Assembly: GCF_000002075.1 (NCBI RefSeq)
Contig: NW_004797282.1
Location: forward strand, 2,292,830-2,354,799
Reading direction: 5' to 3'
DNA: 61,970 nucleotides
From: Aplysia californica
Taxonomy: Eukaryota
Shown here: one piece after another, positions 25,637-37,509 of the stretch
How the letters are laid out: each line of letters begins with the position of its first letter
Position numbering within the stretch: position 1 is the stretch's first letter
Notes under the pieces: model-generated
Databases searched by the model: none
What the model saw: only the letters and a program-made list of their open reading frames with translations
Told to the model about the DNA's origin: nothing
Translations under genes and position numbers: made by a program

Positions 25637-26686
25637 ACAGACTCAGAGAAAGATCGAAGAGGGGAGGGGGTAAGGATGGAGGTACACGTTTATAATTATG
25701 GTGTGCACTCTATAAGATACCCCCTTCCACATAACAGACTTGAAAAAGAGGCTGGGAAGTCAAAGCTGGGCAGAAAAAAGAGAGACATTGTTCAAAATTA
25801 ATAACTAATTTTTTTGCCTTATATTTTTTAAAAAGGAACAGTTATCGAAACGAATACGAATCGCTCACAGAAACGAGCTTGAAGAATTTCATTTTTATGT
25901 TTGGGTAAAACAAACTGTTTAATGAAAAGACGAGACAATTCCTATCAAGATTTTCTTAGCATGTTCTCTGCTGAATAGACGTATGTACTCTTCTGTATTC
26001 TCCAAAACTGGTTCACTGCCTTTTTATCTTCTGATATAAGAAAATATTTTGGGAGATGTATTTGCAACCGGCGCAATTATTATTTTTGATGAGGAGAAAT
26101 AAATTTCAGCTTTATTTCAGTCTCTTTTGAATGCGCATGTTCTTTTGTATTAGAAGCGCTTCGGCGCTGAAATGGTGAAGCCTCCATTAAACTCAAGTCT
26201 TGAAACATTGACATGGCGTGCATTCTTCGTTGACGTATNNNNNNNNNNNNNNNNNNNNNNNNNNNNNNNNNNNNNNNNNNNNNNNNNNNNNNNNNNNNNN
26301 NNNNNNNNNNNNNNNNNNNNNNNNNNNNNNNNNNNNNNNNNNNNNNNNNNNNNNNNNNNNNNNNNNNNNNNNNNGCAGTGCGTACCCCATGAACTAAATA
26401 GGTCACACGCTGGAGCAAACCTGAACGAGACTATCGAAAAAGCAATACAGATTTGATACACCAAGACGCAATTGTGAACTAGACACACGAAGAATCAGAG
26501 GAGTCATTTGGTGCTGGGTAAAAGTAAAACAACAAGGATAGAATCAACAGAGGGAACGTAAAGTGGCACCCTTCAACCACACGCCATGAAGAAGCAAACC
26601 TGAACTCAACACACGAAGAAACAGTCCTACAGTCAGCCCCCCACCACCGCTACAGCTTCTCGTACCATCACATTCTACTTCTCCTG

Positions 26687-26687
<1 letters not shown>

Positions 26688-26750
<63 letters not shown>
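26688..26750. repeat. (CT)n microsatellite
   Basis: Direct reading. Confidence 0.95.
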
Positions 26751-26755
<5 letters not shown>

Positions 26756-28132
26756 CTCACTTTCTTTATCCCTCTTTTTATGTACTGGCGTTTGCAATTT
26801 TGCCATTGGGCGCCTCGATCCAAGTGCGATTCCCTTGTGAGGAGAAAACATGTATCAAGTATCCCAGTCTTTCATCTGTGATGCATTGCTCTCATCCCGG
26901 GTTGGCCCTGACAGGCACGGCCAGAAGCCCGCCTCTTAAATGATTAAAACTGTGTCGACAGGAACGCAAAAACAAGAAATTAATGAAAAGCCATCAACAC
27001 TGTTCAGTGTTGTATTATTTTGACTCCAGGAAAAAGGGTGGGGTTTGACTGGAACAGAACCGTGGAGAAACGTGAAATTGTATAGATTTAAAGCCCATAT
27101 CAACACTGCAAGGTTACCTAGGAGGCGGGACCACCGACTTTAACGTCCATCTCCGATAGGACAAAGCCAAATAGGCGATTCCCTTGAAGAACCTTTCCCA
27201 AGGACAACGTCGGACCGAGGTGAGGCTCGAACCCCCGAACCCGTTGCCTCACGATATCGGGTCCAGTAGCCTAACCACATGGCAAGCATAACAGGTGCTT
27301 TTGCTACTGTGCATATTGTGAGCCCAAACTTCTCACATGCATTTAAAAAAAGATCCACACAGTTTTGCAGAAATTTGCGAACCGTTGTAACGAACTTTGA
27401 TGCGCAACCGTTATTGGTCAGGCCAGATTTTCTGTAATACCTTTATTCGTGGGTTAAACATTGTAGATGTGTGTATCATTAAGGCTATTAATAAATTCAT
27501 CATATTTTTGTGTTGTGACGAGCTATAATACCTACCATTTATGCGTCGTGTTTATTGTTTCTGACATTAAGAAACCCCCCCCCCCCCAAAAAAAAACAAC
27601 CTCAGACCCAGATCTCGGATGCTCTCTAATAGCTACGGCCTACATAATCCTGATCTTTCCCTGTCACAAACCTATTTAGGTTCTACAAGTAGGTTGCTTT
27701 GGGTCTACCCCTGCAGATTATTTTGCCTTCAGTTTTCCCCGTGATAACTAAATGTTCAAGGCCTTTATATCTTTAATTTAAGTGTTTCAGAAACTGCATT
27801 TGTCTTTTCCTGATTGTTTTTATAAGCGAGCGACTCACCTGAGATTCTTCAAGTTCCACTTTTACCAGAGAGCAAATAGTGGCGGACTCACTTTTTAACA
27901 GTAGATAATAGGTGATTTCCAAAACCTGAAAAAAGAAAAAAAAATGCGAACACACAGGAATCCATAGGCTACATTTTAACTTCGCAGAAAGGCCTTCCAT
28001 GATACAGCATACATTATATGACATGCACGTTATTGGTAACATTTTAAAAACTTTTTTGGGGGGTTGGTTAACAAAGTTTCCATGAAATAGCATGTTCTAC
28101 ACATACATTATACCTTTATTCGTGGGTTAAGC

Positions 28133-28610
28133 GGCCCATACACTATCACAGTCCTGGTTGCACAATATAATTGACAGTTTTCAGGTTGGCCACGCACAGC
28201 TCAATATAATTGAGGCTCATTTTGGTTTTGCAAACCGCTGGGACAGGATGGGAGATTTCGACCAAGCAATCGCTGTGGCAGTTCCTCTCCATACAGAAAA
28301 AGAAGACGATTTCCCAGAAAGGAAACGAGCACTGAAATACCACAAAGTTGGTTCATAAATCTGGTCCGTCCCTGCACCAGATTGTTCTGAGTCAAGCACT
28401 TTCTTTAGTTCCTTGCGATTATTTGTTCTGTTGGCACTGATTTAAAAAAAAAAAATTCTCTTGTATAGTTGTGGTTCTTTTCCTGGAATTTCTCGATCAA
28501 TACACCGTTTAAGCAGCATTTTTCTTTTGTCTGTTTTTGTAATCGTCACACTTCACTTTCCATAGGGCTGGTAAACCTTTGTAAACCTAGATTCACCCCA
28601 ATTGAAATGC
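28133..28610 (-). mobile_element. Degenerate MADF/Myb-SANT coding fragment, probably from a PIF/Harbinger transposon
   Basis: Minus strand across frames: VYKGLPALWKVKCDDYKNRQKKNAA...RTNNRKELKKVLDSEQSGAGTDQIYEPTLWYF, a typical MADF domain pattern. A Harbinger-like end GGCCCATACAC is at ~28133..28143. Confidence 0.65.
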
Positions 28611-29062
28611 CCTGTCTTCTTCTTTATCAGACACCCCAGACATGATGACGGTACGAAGTCTGAAAGAAAAACTATTATTGCGTACAATTCAATTGACGGT
28701 CCCGACACACGGCCAATAAAATTGTGCAAGCATGTAGGCTTGCGCAGTAAAATATCAAACTGATTTTGATCGACTCAACACAATTTTGCAAGTCGTGAAT
28801 ATCGCCCATACACGGTCAATTTAATTGTCAATTCCGAGTTTTGACAATTAAATTGCGCATTATAATTGATCGTGTACTTTAAACATCCGAAATCTTTTCA
28901 AAGCATTGCGTTTTTTAGCAATGATACGACACCAGATCGACGAATCTTATTGTTTAACATTTTGTCAAACAGGCGAAAAAATACACCCTCATAATATATA
29001 ATACACCCGTACATAACATATTATGTTCCTCCTTTGGGAAGGGAAAAATGCACAACGAGAAG

Positions 29063-29141
29063 TATAAAATCCACGCACTGCGCTCCCCTCCAGTTTGCAA
29101 ACATACGAATTTTAATCACGTAAAAACAAGCTTATGTAAGT
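29063..29141 (+). promoter_or_regulatory. TATA box, initiator and non-coding first exon of paralog C
   Basis: TATAAA 29063..29068, CCAGTTT with A at 29092 (29 nt downstream of the first T), donor GTAAGT 29136..29141. Homologous to the paralog D module. Confidence 0.6.
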
Positions 29142-30488
29142 ACTTGTATAGAACCAACCAAATGTGTCATAATTTATTATAACTTTATCTTATTCAACAG
29201 ATGATACATTAACTAAATGAAACATGTAATGCGCGAAGTAATCTTAATGTAATGATAATAAAATAATGATAATATTACTTGCAATTTATCCATGCTCTAC
29301 ATCACGTTCTGTGCGCTTTACAACTAGCATAGCACGTGTAAAAATGTTCTTGGATTCCCGGTAAGTATAGTGCCACTGCCTAAGATATAGCGCTTTATTG
29401 CAGTAATAAGTAAATGCTTGAAGTTATTGGTTAATTCAAAATTATAAATCTTATGAGACGACATTAAATATGATGTTACTAATTTGCTGCGTCGTGGTTT
29501 GGTGGGTAAGAAGACCTCTTGCAACATTTGGCGCGCATGATATCGCGGTCAAAAATCTGTTTGTGAAATTCTCTCAATAATTCATGTTGGATAACTTCAC
29601 TTGTTTTCTACTTTACAAAGCCGGGGACGAAGTAAGGAAGTGGGGAAATTGTTGAAAGGTCTGATAGCTGTTGTTTCTTTGTTTTATGTTGTTTGTTGCT
29701 GTGCTGAATTTACGTCACTGTTGTATATATTGCCTATGTATAATTATAATATTATGTATATTATACTTTAACACAAAACACGGAAATGTTTCAGCATTGC
29801 ACTTACGGTGAAATAAAGTCTTGTATTATTTCACGTGTGAAATAAAAAAGCAAAAACACTTGAAATCCCACTCGTAAAATAACACCAGCTGTTAAAAAAA
29901 TCATAAATTACTTCGTGCTCTATATCTATCTACTAAAATTAAGAAAGCAATTAGTATGGACTTGAATTTTGATATTATTCCTAGACCGTGCAATGTAATG
30001 GCAGCTGCTCTTTGCCTGTTGTAACAACATCACTGCGAACGCGCTCTCTATGACAAGCAAAACACCAGACGCCAGGAGTCTCGCTTTTGTCGACAGAACA
30101 CACAACCTTTCTACGTTGTTGTTTAGTTCTAAAATTAATTGAGTCAAATGGAGCGCACCATAGTAAACTGGAAATACGTCACAGTTCATTGATATTTTCG
30201 GAAAGAGAGAGGTATAACCTCTTTGCGCTTTCATTAAAACTCATAATTACAGCTTTGCGCTTTCACTCGTACAATAAATCATGGTGTATCACCATAACTC
30301 GTGTAATCCTGTAATAAATTGTTTATGAATATCAAAAGAGAGGGAGAGAAAAAGTTTGGGGGGGGGGGCGAAACATAGAGAGAGAGAGAGAGAGAGAGAG
30401 AATGTTATAATGGATTCATGTAACGCTCTAGTAGATCTACTTTTTCTGTTTGTCTAACACATCCAAGATGATAATTGCACAGCACAAA

Positions 30489-32495
30489 ATGGCGCTGGAT
30501 TTGTCTACCCGTCTGATCCTGCTTCTGGTGGCTGTGACATTGATCTTAGAGACAACATCAGCAGCTGTTTATCGTCCAAACCTACACCCTGTTGTATGCC
30601 AGACAAGTTCTCCATCTCCATGAACGCCCCGAATAACAGGCAGGGAGAGGTATGTCTTTTTGTCCCAAATCTTTGTCAGCTGGTGAATATTATGTATCCT
30701 GCTATTGACCGTAATAATAAAATTAATGATTTTGTATGAATGTGAACAAACTCTACGTGCCATGTACTTACGTATGTATGAAAAAGTGCTATGTGTGTAT
30801 TATTATATGTGTTTACTGTGTATATTATAAGTGTGTGTGGGTGTGTGTGTGTGTGTGTGTATGTATGTGTGTGTGTGTATGTGTGTGTGTGTGTGTGTGT
30901 NNNNNNNNNNNNNNNNNNNNNNNNNNNNNNNNNNNNNNNNNNNNNNNNNNNNNNNNNNNNNNNNNNNNNNNNNNNNNNNNNNNNNNNNNNNNNNNNNNNN
31001 NNNNNNNNNNNNNNNNNNNNNNNNNNNNNNNNNNNNNNNNNNNNNNNNNNNNNNNNNNNNNNNNNNNNNNNNNNNNNNNNNNNNNNNNNNNNNNNNNNNN
31101 NNNNNNNNNNNNNNNNNNNNNNNNNNNNNNNNNNNNNNNNNNNNNNNNNNNNNNNNNNNNNNNNNNNNNNNNNNNNNNNNNNNNNNNNNNNNNNNNNNNN
31201 NNNNNNNNNNNNNNNNNNNNNNNNNNNNNNNNNNNNNNNNNNNNNNNNNNNNNNNNNNNNNNNNNNNNNNNNNNNNNNNNNNNNNNNNNNNNNNNNNNNN
31301 NNNNNNNNNNNNNNNNNNNNNNNNNNNNNNNNNNNNNNNNNNNNNNNNNNNNNNNNNNNNNNNNNNNNNNNNNNNNNNNNNNNNNNNNNNNNNNNNNNNN
31401 NNNNNNNNNNNNNNNNNNNNNNNNNNNNNNNNNNNNNNNNNNNNNNNNNNNNNNNNNNNNNNNNNNNNNNNNNNNNNNNNNNNNNNNNNNNNNNNNNNNN
31501 NNNNNNNAAATCCGTCCACCACCCACCGCCACCCTCTCCCCAACCACGTCCCAATCCCCTCACTCCTCCCCCATCCAATCGGTCCACCCCCACCACCCAC
31601 CTCCTCTTTCAGCGTTGGGACCGTGTTATAGTTGACTTTACCGTGGGCAAGTTCCTGAATTACGTTTCAGACCAAGATGGCGACTATATGTTGGTGGACG
31701 AAGAAGCTGGTAAAAAGTACACCAGACTGGATGGCAAATGCAGGTCATGTTCACATCCACAGATTCTGTTAATTTAAATTACTAAAGATCGGGGTGCCCT
31801 TTAACATTGCTGATTTTGGCCAAATAAGTAACACAATTTTAAAGTTTGAGTTGGCAGTTTGGTTAAGTTTAACTACTTCCATATCTAAAAATAGCAAAGA
31901 CAAGAATTAGACACATCTCGCTCATGTCACAATTTGCCTTTGAAAACTTTAAAATAGTCAAGTATTTGGCATATTTCTGAAAGAAACAGTCGGGTTTTTG
32001 AAAACTCAAAATAATTATTTTCTCCATCCTACCTGCATAAAATTGTCATAAAACAAGAACAGCATTCAAGCAAAGTTGAACAAAGGAGTAAAAAATAGAA
32101 CAATAAAAGATTACTTCGTTGAACAACATAATATTGTATAATAAGCTAAATTAGATACATACTACAAATGTCAGTAAAATGTTCAAAAAGTGAATTTTAC
32201 TTCGAAAAACATATTAAAATTATACCGTGTGAAATTCAGTAAAAAGCAGAAGAACTTGTTCACCAAGTTTGGGAAATTTTGGTTTATGAATTAAAAAGGC
32301 CTTTTGGATTAATATCATGTTTAAAATATATTACTGTTTCCCCTATCCCCCCCCTTCACCCCTCCCCCCCCCCCATTTTTTTTGCTCCCTACCAGAGTGA
32401 CTAATCTGCAAAATAATCAGTACGTAGATCAATGTATCCCACAAGACGCTGCGTTGGTCTATGAGTCTCCTGAAAAGGTTGGCTGGGAAATTGAC
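30489..32495 (+). pseudogene. EPDR-like paralog C, probable pseudogene (exon-1 frameshift, exon 4 not found)
   Basis: Exon 1 30489..30649 is 161 nt: MALDLSTRLILLLVAVTLILETTSAAV, then a 1-nt deletion near 30568-30571, then SSKPTPCCMPDKFSISMNAPNNRQGE in another frame; the ATG frame stops at TGA 30621..30623. Exon 2 31613..31743 (RWDRVIVDFTVGKFLNYVSDQDGDYMLVDEEAGKKYTRLDGKC) and exon 3 32396..32495 (VTNLQNNQYVDQCIPQDAALVYESPEKVGWEID) are intact, with the same lengths and phases as in A/B. Confidence 0.7.
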
Positions 32496-32636
32496 GTGAG
32501 TTGACCATTGTCATAAATTAACTCTTTTTATTCTGGCCGTACCCCCACGGATTCTGTCCCCGTTCTGGGGGTGCCGCGCCATATGAGTTGGAATTCAGGG
32601 TGCTGTATTTTTTACATTTACTATTAGATTTTAGAG

Positions 32637-32822
32637 GGTGCGGTGGCAGAGCGGTTAGTGCGCTCGTCTCCGAAGCGGAAAGTCCGGGTTGGAGCCTCGG
32701 TTCGGACACGGATTTTTGTCGCCCCCTCCTGCCCACCCAGCAGTAATGGGTACCTGACTTCGAGTTGGGGAAGTAAAGGCAGCGTGGAAAGGAACTGGCC
32801 TCCCTACCGCAATATGCCAAAG
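32637..32822 (+). mobile_element. tRNA-derived SINE (family 2)
   Basis: GGTGGCAGAGCGGTTAG A-box head followed by the body CGGACACGGATTTTT...CCTGCCCACCCAGCAGTAATGGGTACCTGACT. Other copies at 34466..34670 (+) and 59800..60010 (-). Confidence 0.75.
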
Positions 32823-33233
32823 GCCTTTACTCTTAGATTTTAATTTTAAGGACTTTTAGCAATTATGTTAGAAATTGAAAGTAGTGTCTGAAAATGCATA
32901 TGGTTAGGAATTACACCTATTGTTTCATGTAGATTTTGAAGTGTATTCCAACCCCCAGTTTTACCCTGATTGCCGTGTCCACAGATTTACAGATCTACCC
33001 CTATCCATCGGTACTGCACGTATTTCAGTACCGGTCCCTTCACCATGATCTGAACCATTATTAGATGAGTCAAATTCCTGTTCGTTATCATCCACAACGG
33101 AATTTAGGGCACTTGATTCAGAGTCACTTTCATCAAAGTAGTCTTATTCCCCCTCACAACTCAGCACAACTTCAAAAGTACTTCATCGGTCGTGAACGTG
33201 CGTTTTCGATACATTTTTCAAGCTTCTACACCC

Positions 33234-34055
33234 TAGACCTGGGCAGGACTTGGACTTGAAACTTGAAATTCTCGTGCCCATCAAGTAGTGTTTGAGACCA
33301 AGTATTTAGAACTGAGCAAGTCCAAGTCTTGCGTGGCCTAGCAAAATAGATCTATCCCTCAATCAAAAGATACAATTATTTTAACGCACAGTAGATCTAC
33401 AAACATTGAGTAAAGACTCAGTGAACCAATGTCTAAAGAAATGCTAAAAATTGGCATGGTTCTTATTAATTTAGTGCTTTAAGTTTGATTGTTTGAATTC
33501 AAATACACCTACCACCCCTACTACTTGCTCGGACTTGCTCGCCCTAGGCGGATTGGTTGAGTCCATTTCTTCGATAAGGGGTAAGCAGTATCACCCCTAT
33601 TACTTGCTAGGATTTGCTCGCCCTTGGCGTATTGGTTGAGTCCACTTCCCCGATAAGGGGTAGGCAGGCCTAGGCCCAGATAAGGCTTCAATACCATCAT
33701 TGCCATCCAAGGCTGAAGCAATTCTTGAGTTTATTAATACAACAGAGAACAGAACAAAAAAACAAACAAGCGAAGAAAAATAAAGTTTTTAAAAAATTTA
33801 AAAATCCACCAAACAAGTATCACAAAGATGTTCCATACGTCTCAACATAGGTGGTTGGTTGGAGAACAAAAAAAATAATGATAACGATAAAGGGAAGTAA
33901 TGCTGATGGCTTTACTATCAAAGAGACTATTCATGTTACATGAATACTTTATTAGGTCCCCTGGACTTGAAATTGGGCTTGAGACTTGCGGGTCTCAAGG
34001 TGTTTGGACTTGAGACTTGAAAGTCCTATTTTTTTTTCAATTCTGCCCAAGCCTA
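33234..34055. mobile_element. Non-autonomous hAT-type element
   Basis: TIRs TAGACCTGGGCAG / CTGCCCAAGCCTA, perfect 8-bp TSD CTACACCC (33226..33233 and 34056..34063), subterminal GACTTG repeats and an internal ~80-bp tandem duplication at ~33520-33667. Confidence 0.85.
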
Positions 34056-36922
34056 CTACACCCATCAAAAACAAAGAAACCGCTGTTCATTAGAAATATT
34101 GAAATATTCAGGCAGAGCTATCATCGCCGTACACGCGTATTTCGGTAATTACAAGCAGAACTAGCTGTTTGACGTGACCGTATACATGTAGCTGTTCCAG
34201 GTTTACTCGCAGCCCTGTCTAGTCCTCGTTACGAGTATACTCGTAGCCCGGATAAAAAATTAAGTATTAGTTAGGCCTTGCTTAACTAAGAGGGTGTCAA
34301 ACGCTACCTCAGAATTACAAAGTTCTACCTCACATGTTTGGCTGTTTTGAGTTATTAAGACCATGAGGTCAGAAATCAAACAAAGTATCTACTTTATTAG
34401 AATCCTAACAATATCCAGAGTCTTTAAGAAGATACTCAAAGAATGGTATTTTGACAAATGTGACAAAAAGTCCGGGTTCGAGCATCGTTTCGGACACGGA
34501 TTTTTCTCGCCCCCTCCTGCCCACCCAACAGTAAAGGGCACCTGACTGAGATGGGGAAGTAAAGGCGGTGTGGAAACGAACTGACCACCCTACCACAATA
34601 TATCAAAGGTCCAGGAAGTTGTCTCACTAACAAGACAATACCCAATGTCCGGATTGGATGCGGGAACAACTTTAATACTGAGCAGACAGAACTTTGTAAT
34701 TCTATGATAGCGAAATGTTAAAGCAAAATCCCCCACCAGGCCAGTGTTACTGATTAAGCTGTCTTAAGGCCATTCCCAAAAGGGGGGGGGGGGATTAACA
34801 TGTTCTTATGCCCAGTAGAATTGTAAATGGGCTGATTTATCAATGTCGTGTTTATACTGTACCGAAACAACATAGTGGTAACTGCTGGTTATTTTTTCCA
34901 CACCATTACTATCGTCATTTTCCTCTACTGCTTTTGTATGTTTGTCACTCTCCCGTGAACTGCTATTTCAGGGGTGCCTTGATAGTCGAAGCAGAGTTAT
35001 GCTGTTGAGGCTAGAGCAGAGATCAGCAGAGTTAGCCTGATTCCCCGTTTGAACTTCTCTGTTGAATCCACCCATTAGCGCCCATATGGCCTTTTGCAGC
35101 TGCAACCTTACTAAAAAACAGAGAACAAAAGCAAAATCTCACCACACTTTACGTATCCTTGTTGCCTACTTTCAGTAATTGTGTCATTGCTACAAAGCCC
35201 TAAAAGCGCTTATACGGAAGAACACGTTTTCGTCCCGCATTTTTCATTGTTGAATTTTGTCGAACCCCTTTTCGTCCCATATAGATTCAATTACTTATAA
35301 GTTACTGCAATTACCACTCCAATTCCAAAAGATTTAGTAAATTCATTGTTTATAATCACATCAACAGGGGAGGAGAAACACCATTATTCCATCATTTGAG
35401 TGGCCTAGCTCTTCTTTTGTAGCCTTAATAGTTGGTAATAATGATTATATTCAAATAGGATCTTGAGGTTGGCCAATTGGGTGACATCCGTAGCAGGTGG
35501 CTGAATCTTTTTATTATCTGTTTTCTTTTTTTTAAATAATGAAATGCAAGTGGGGCTCCCTGCCAACATCTACTCTTACATCTTCATTCCTCAGCCTGTC
35601 TTTTTTGTGATGCTTGAGGTGTTGTGGAGTCATTTTGTTTTGCATGTCTGGTAATTTTGCTTTCGTGGGTTTTTCTTTTTTTTTTCTTTTTTTTGGGGGT
35701 AATTTTTTACGGCGCTCGCAACTGCATAAGGTCATATGAGTGCGCGGGACACACCTAATATTTTCAGTTGGTAGGAAATTTTGAATTTTACNNNNNNNNN
35801 NNNNNNNNNNNNNNNNNNNNNNNNNNNNNNNNNNNNNNNNNNNNNNNNNNNNNNNNNNNNNNNNNNNNNNNNNNNNNNNNNNNNNNNNNNNNNNNNNNNN
35901 NNNNNNNNNNNNNNNNNNNNNNNNNNNNNNNNNNNNNNNNNNNNNNNNNNNNNNNNNNNNNNNNNNNNNNNNNNNNNNNNNNNNNNNNNNNNNNNNNNNN
36001 NNNNNNNNNNNNNNNNNNNNNNNNNNNNNNNNNNNNNNNNNNNNNNNNNNNNNNNNNNNNNNNNNNNNNNNNNNNNNNNNNNNNNNNNNNNTGGAAATGA
36101 AAGCAGACATCAGAATATTGCTAGAGAGCATGAAAGGAGGTGAAAGGAGACAATTTTAGAGAAGAAAATTTTCGGTCGTTACCCGGATTCGAACCCGCGG
36201 GACCTTTGAATGAGAGGCCAACACCTAAACCTCTAGGCCACGAGAGCCCCCTTGGGTTTTTCTGAAGTCCGGGTCTTGCATTGGTAGTTTAATAACTGTT
36301 ATTAATTGTGCTAAAAAAAAGGGTGGGGGGTGGGGGGGTGGAATCGGTATAGACATTCAGCTATGCTACCAGCGCAGAGCAAGACTGAACTTGAGCTCTA
36401 CATCTTCTGTCCAGCAGTTTTCACTGTTGTATAATATCTTTAGAGTCAAAAATCTGTCCTAAACACCTGTATGTGGTTTGACATAATGTTCATCTGACGT
36501 AATATAATATATTTAAAAAGTCCAGGTATCACCACTTCTTTAAGTTCTTGTGGTCCTAAATTGTTTGGTTTTGACCCCCCCCNNNNNNNNNNNNNNNNNN
36601 NNNNNNNNNNNNNNNNNNNNNNNNNNNNNNNNNNNNNNNNNNNNNNNNNNNNNNNNNNNNNNNNNNNNNNNNNNNNNNNNNNNNNNNNNNNNNNNNNNNN
36701 NNNNNNNNNNNNNNNNNNNNNNNNNNNNNNNNNNNNNNNNNNNNNNNNNNNNNNNNNNNNNNNNNNNNNNNNNNNNNNNNNNNNNNNNNNNNNNNNNNNN
36801 NNNNNNNNNNNNNNNNNNNNNNNNNNNNNNNNNNNNNNNNNNNNNNNNNNNNNNNNNNNNNNNNNNNNNNNNNNNNNNNNNNNNNNNNNNNNNNNNNNNN
36901 NNNNNNNNNNNNNNNNNNNNNN

Positions 36923-36978
<56 letters not shown>

Positions 36979-37224
36979 GTGTATGTGTGTGTATTTGTTT
37001 GTGCATGTGTGTGTTCGTATGCATAAAGGAGCTGAATGTGTAATCAAAGAGGACGAAAAGAAGCACTAATCATAACAATCACTTCGCACATATCTCTGTT
37101 AAATAAGAGCCAAATCAATGACTTGAGGCAAGACACCGACAAACGTCATTATGGCAACTGGCGTTTGTTGGAGCCATCGAAATATCGCTAGGCGTTTTGA
37201 AAAGACTGGTGACGTATCTAGCAG

Positions 37225-37400
37225 TGAACAAGACACACGAAGAAATAAGACCTGAATTGGACACACGACGAAAAACATGAAACAGAAACACGAAAGAAAA
37301 ACTTGAAATAGAAACACGGAGAAAAATACCTTACCTAGACACACGCAGAAATAAACCTGAACTAGACACACGAAGAAACAGACTTGAACAAGACACAATA
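37225..37400. repeat. Degenerate ~27-bp minisatellite (CCTGAACTAGACACACGAAGAAA-like)
   Basis: About 6-7 diverged units here; also at ~26415-26625 and ~52645-52730, i.e. downstream of paralogs B, C and D. Confidence 0.7.
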
Positions 37401-37509
37401 AAATTATCTCTGAAAAAAGTGAAACGACTTTAAACTGTTCAAAACAATGCTGCCAGTTTATTTTACAGGGAAAAAAACGAGACACTCCTTTACGGAGAGT
37501 GCGTGGGTT

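Larger units (their letters stand above)
75..26210. repeat. Large diverged inverted duplication (arms ~75..14700 and ~15770..26210) carrying paralogs A and B
   Basis: Collinear reverse-complement matches along the whole length: ~80-100 vs ~26185-26205, ~195-215 vs ~25995-26015, all exons, 12500-12680 vs 19040-19250, 13180-13340 vs 16355-16560, 14300-14430 vs 16050-16180, 14600-14700 vs 15765-15870. Confidence 0.9.

Noticed and set aside
75-26210. Idea that the palindrome is an assembly fold-back artefact
   Set aside because: The arms are substantially diverged and have arm-specific insertions with TSDs.
30676-31777. Long ORFs in the track that run through N gaps and (GT)n
   Set aside because: They are artefacts of X translation and microsatellites; only 31613..31743 is a real exon.
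36170-36250. tRNA-like sequence on the minus strand (TGGCCTAGAGG...GGTTCGAATCC)
   Set aside because: The acceptor stem does not pair well and there is no clear cloverleaf; it fits a SINE head. The same applies to the other A/B-box hits.
37225-37400. Regularly spaced short repeats resembling a CRISPR array
   Set aside because: The units are degenerate and tandem with no unique spacers, the context is eukaryotic and there are no cas genes.
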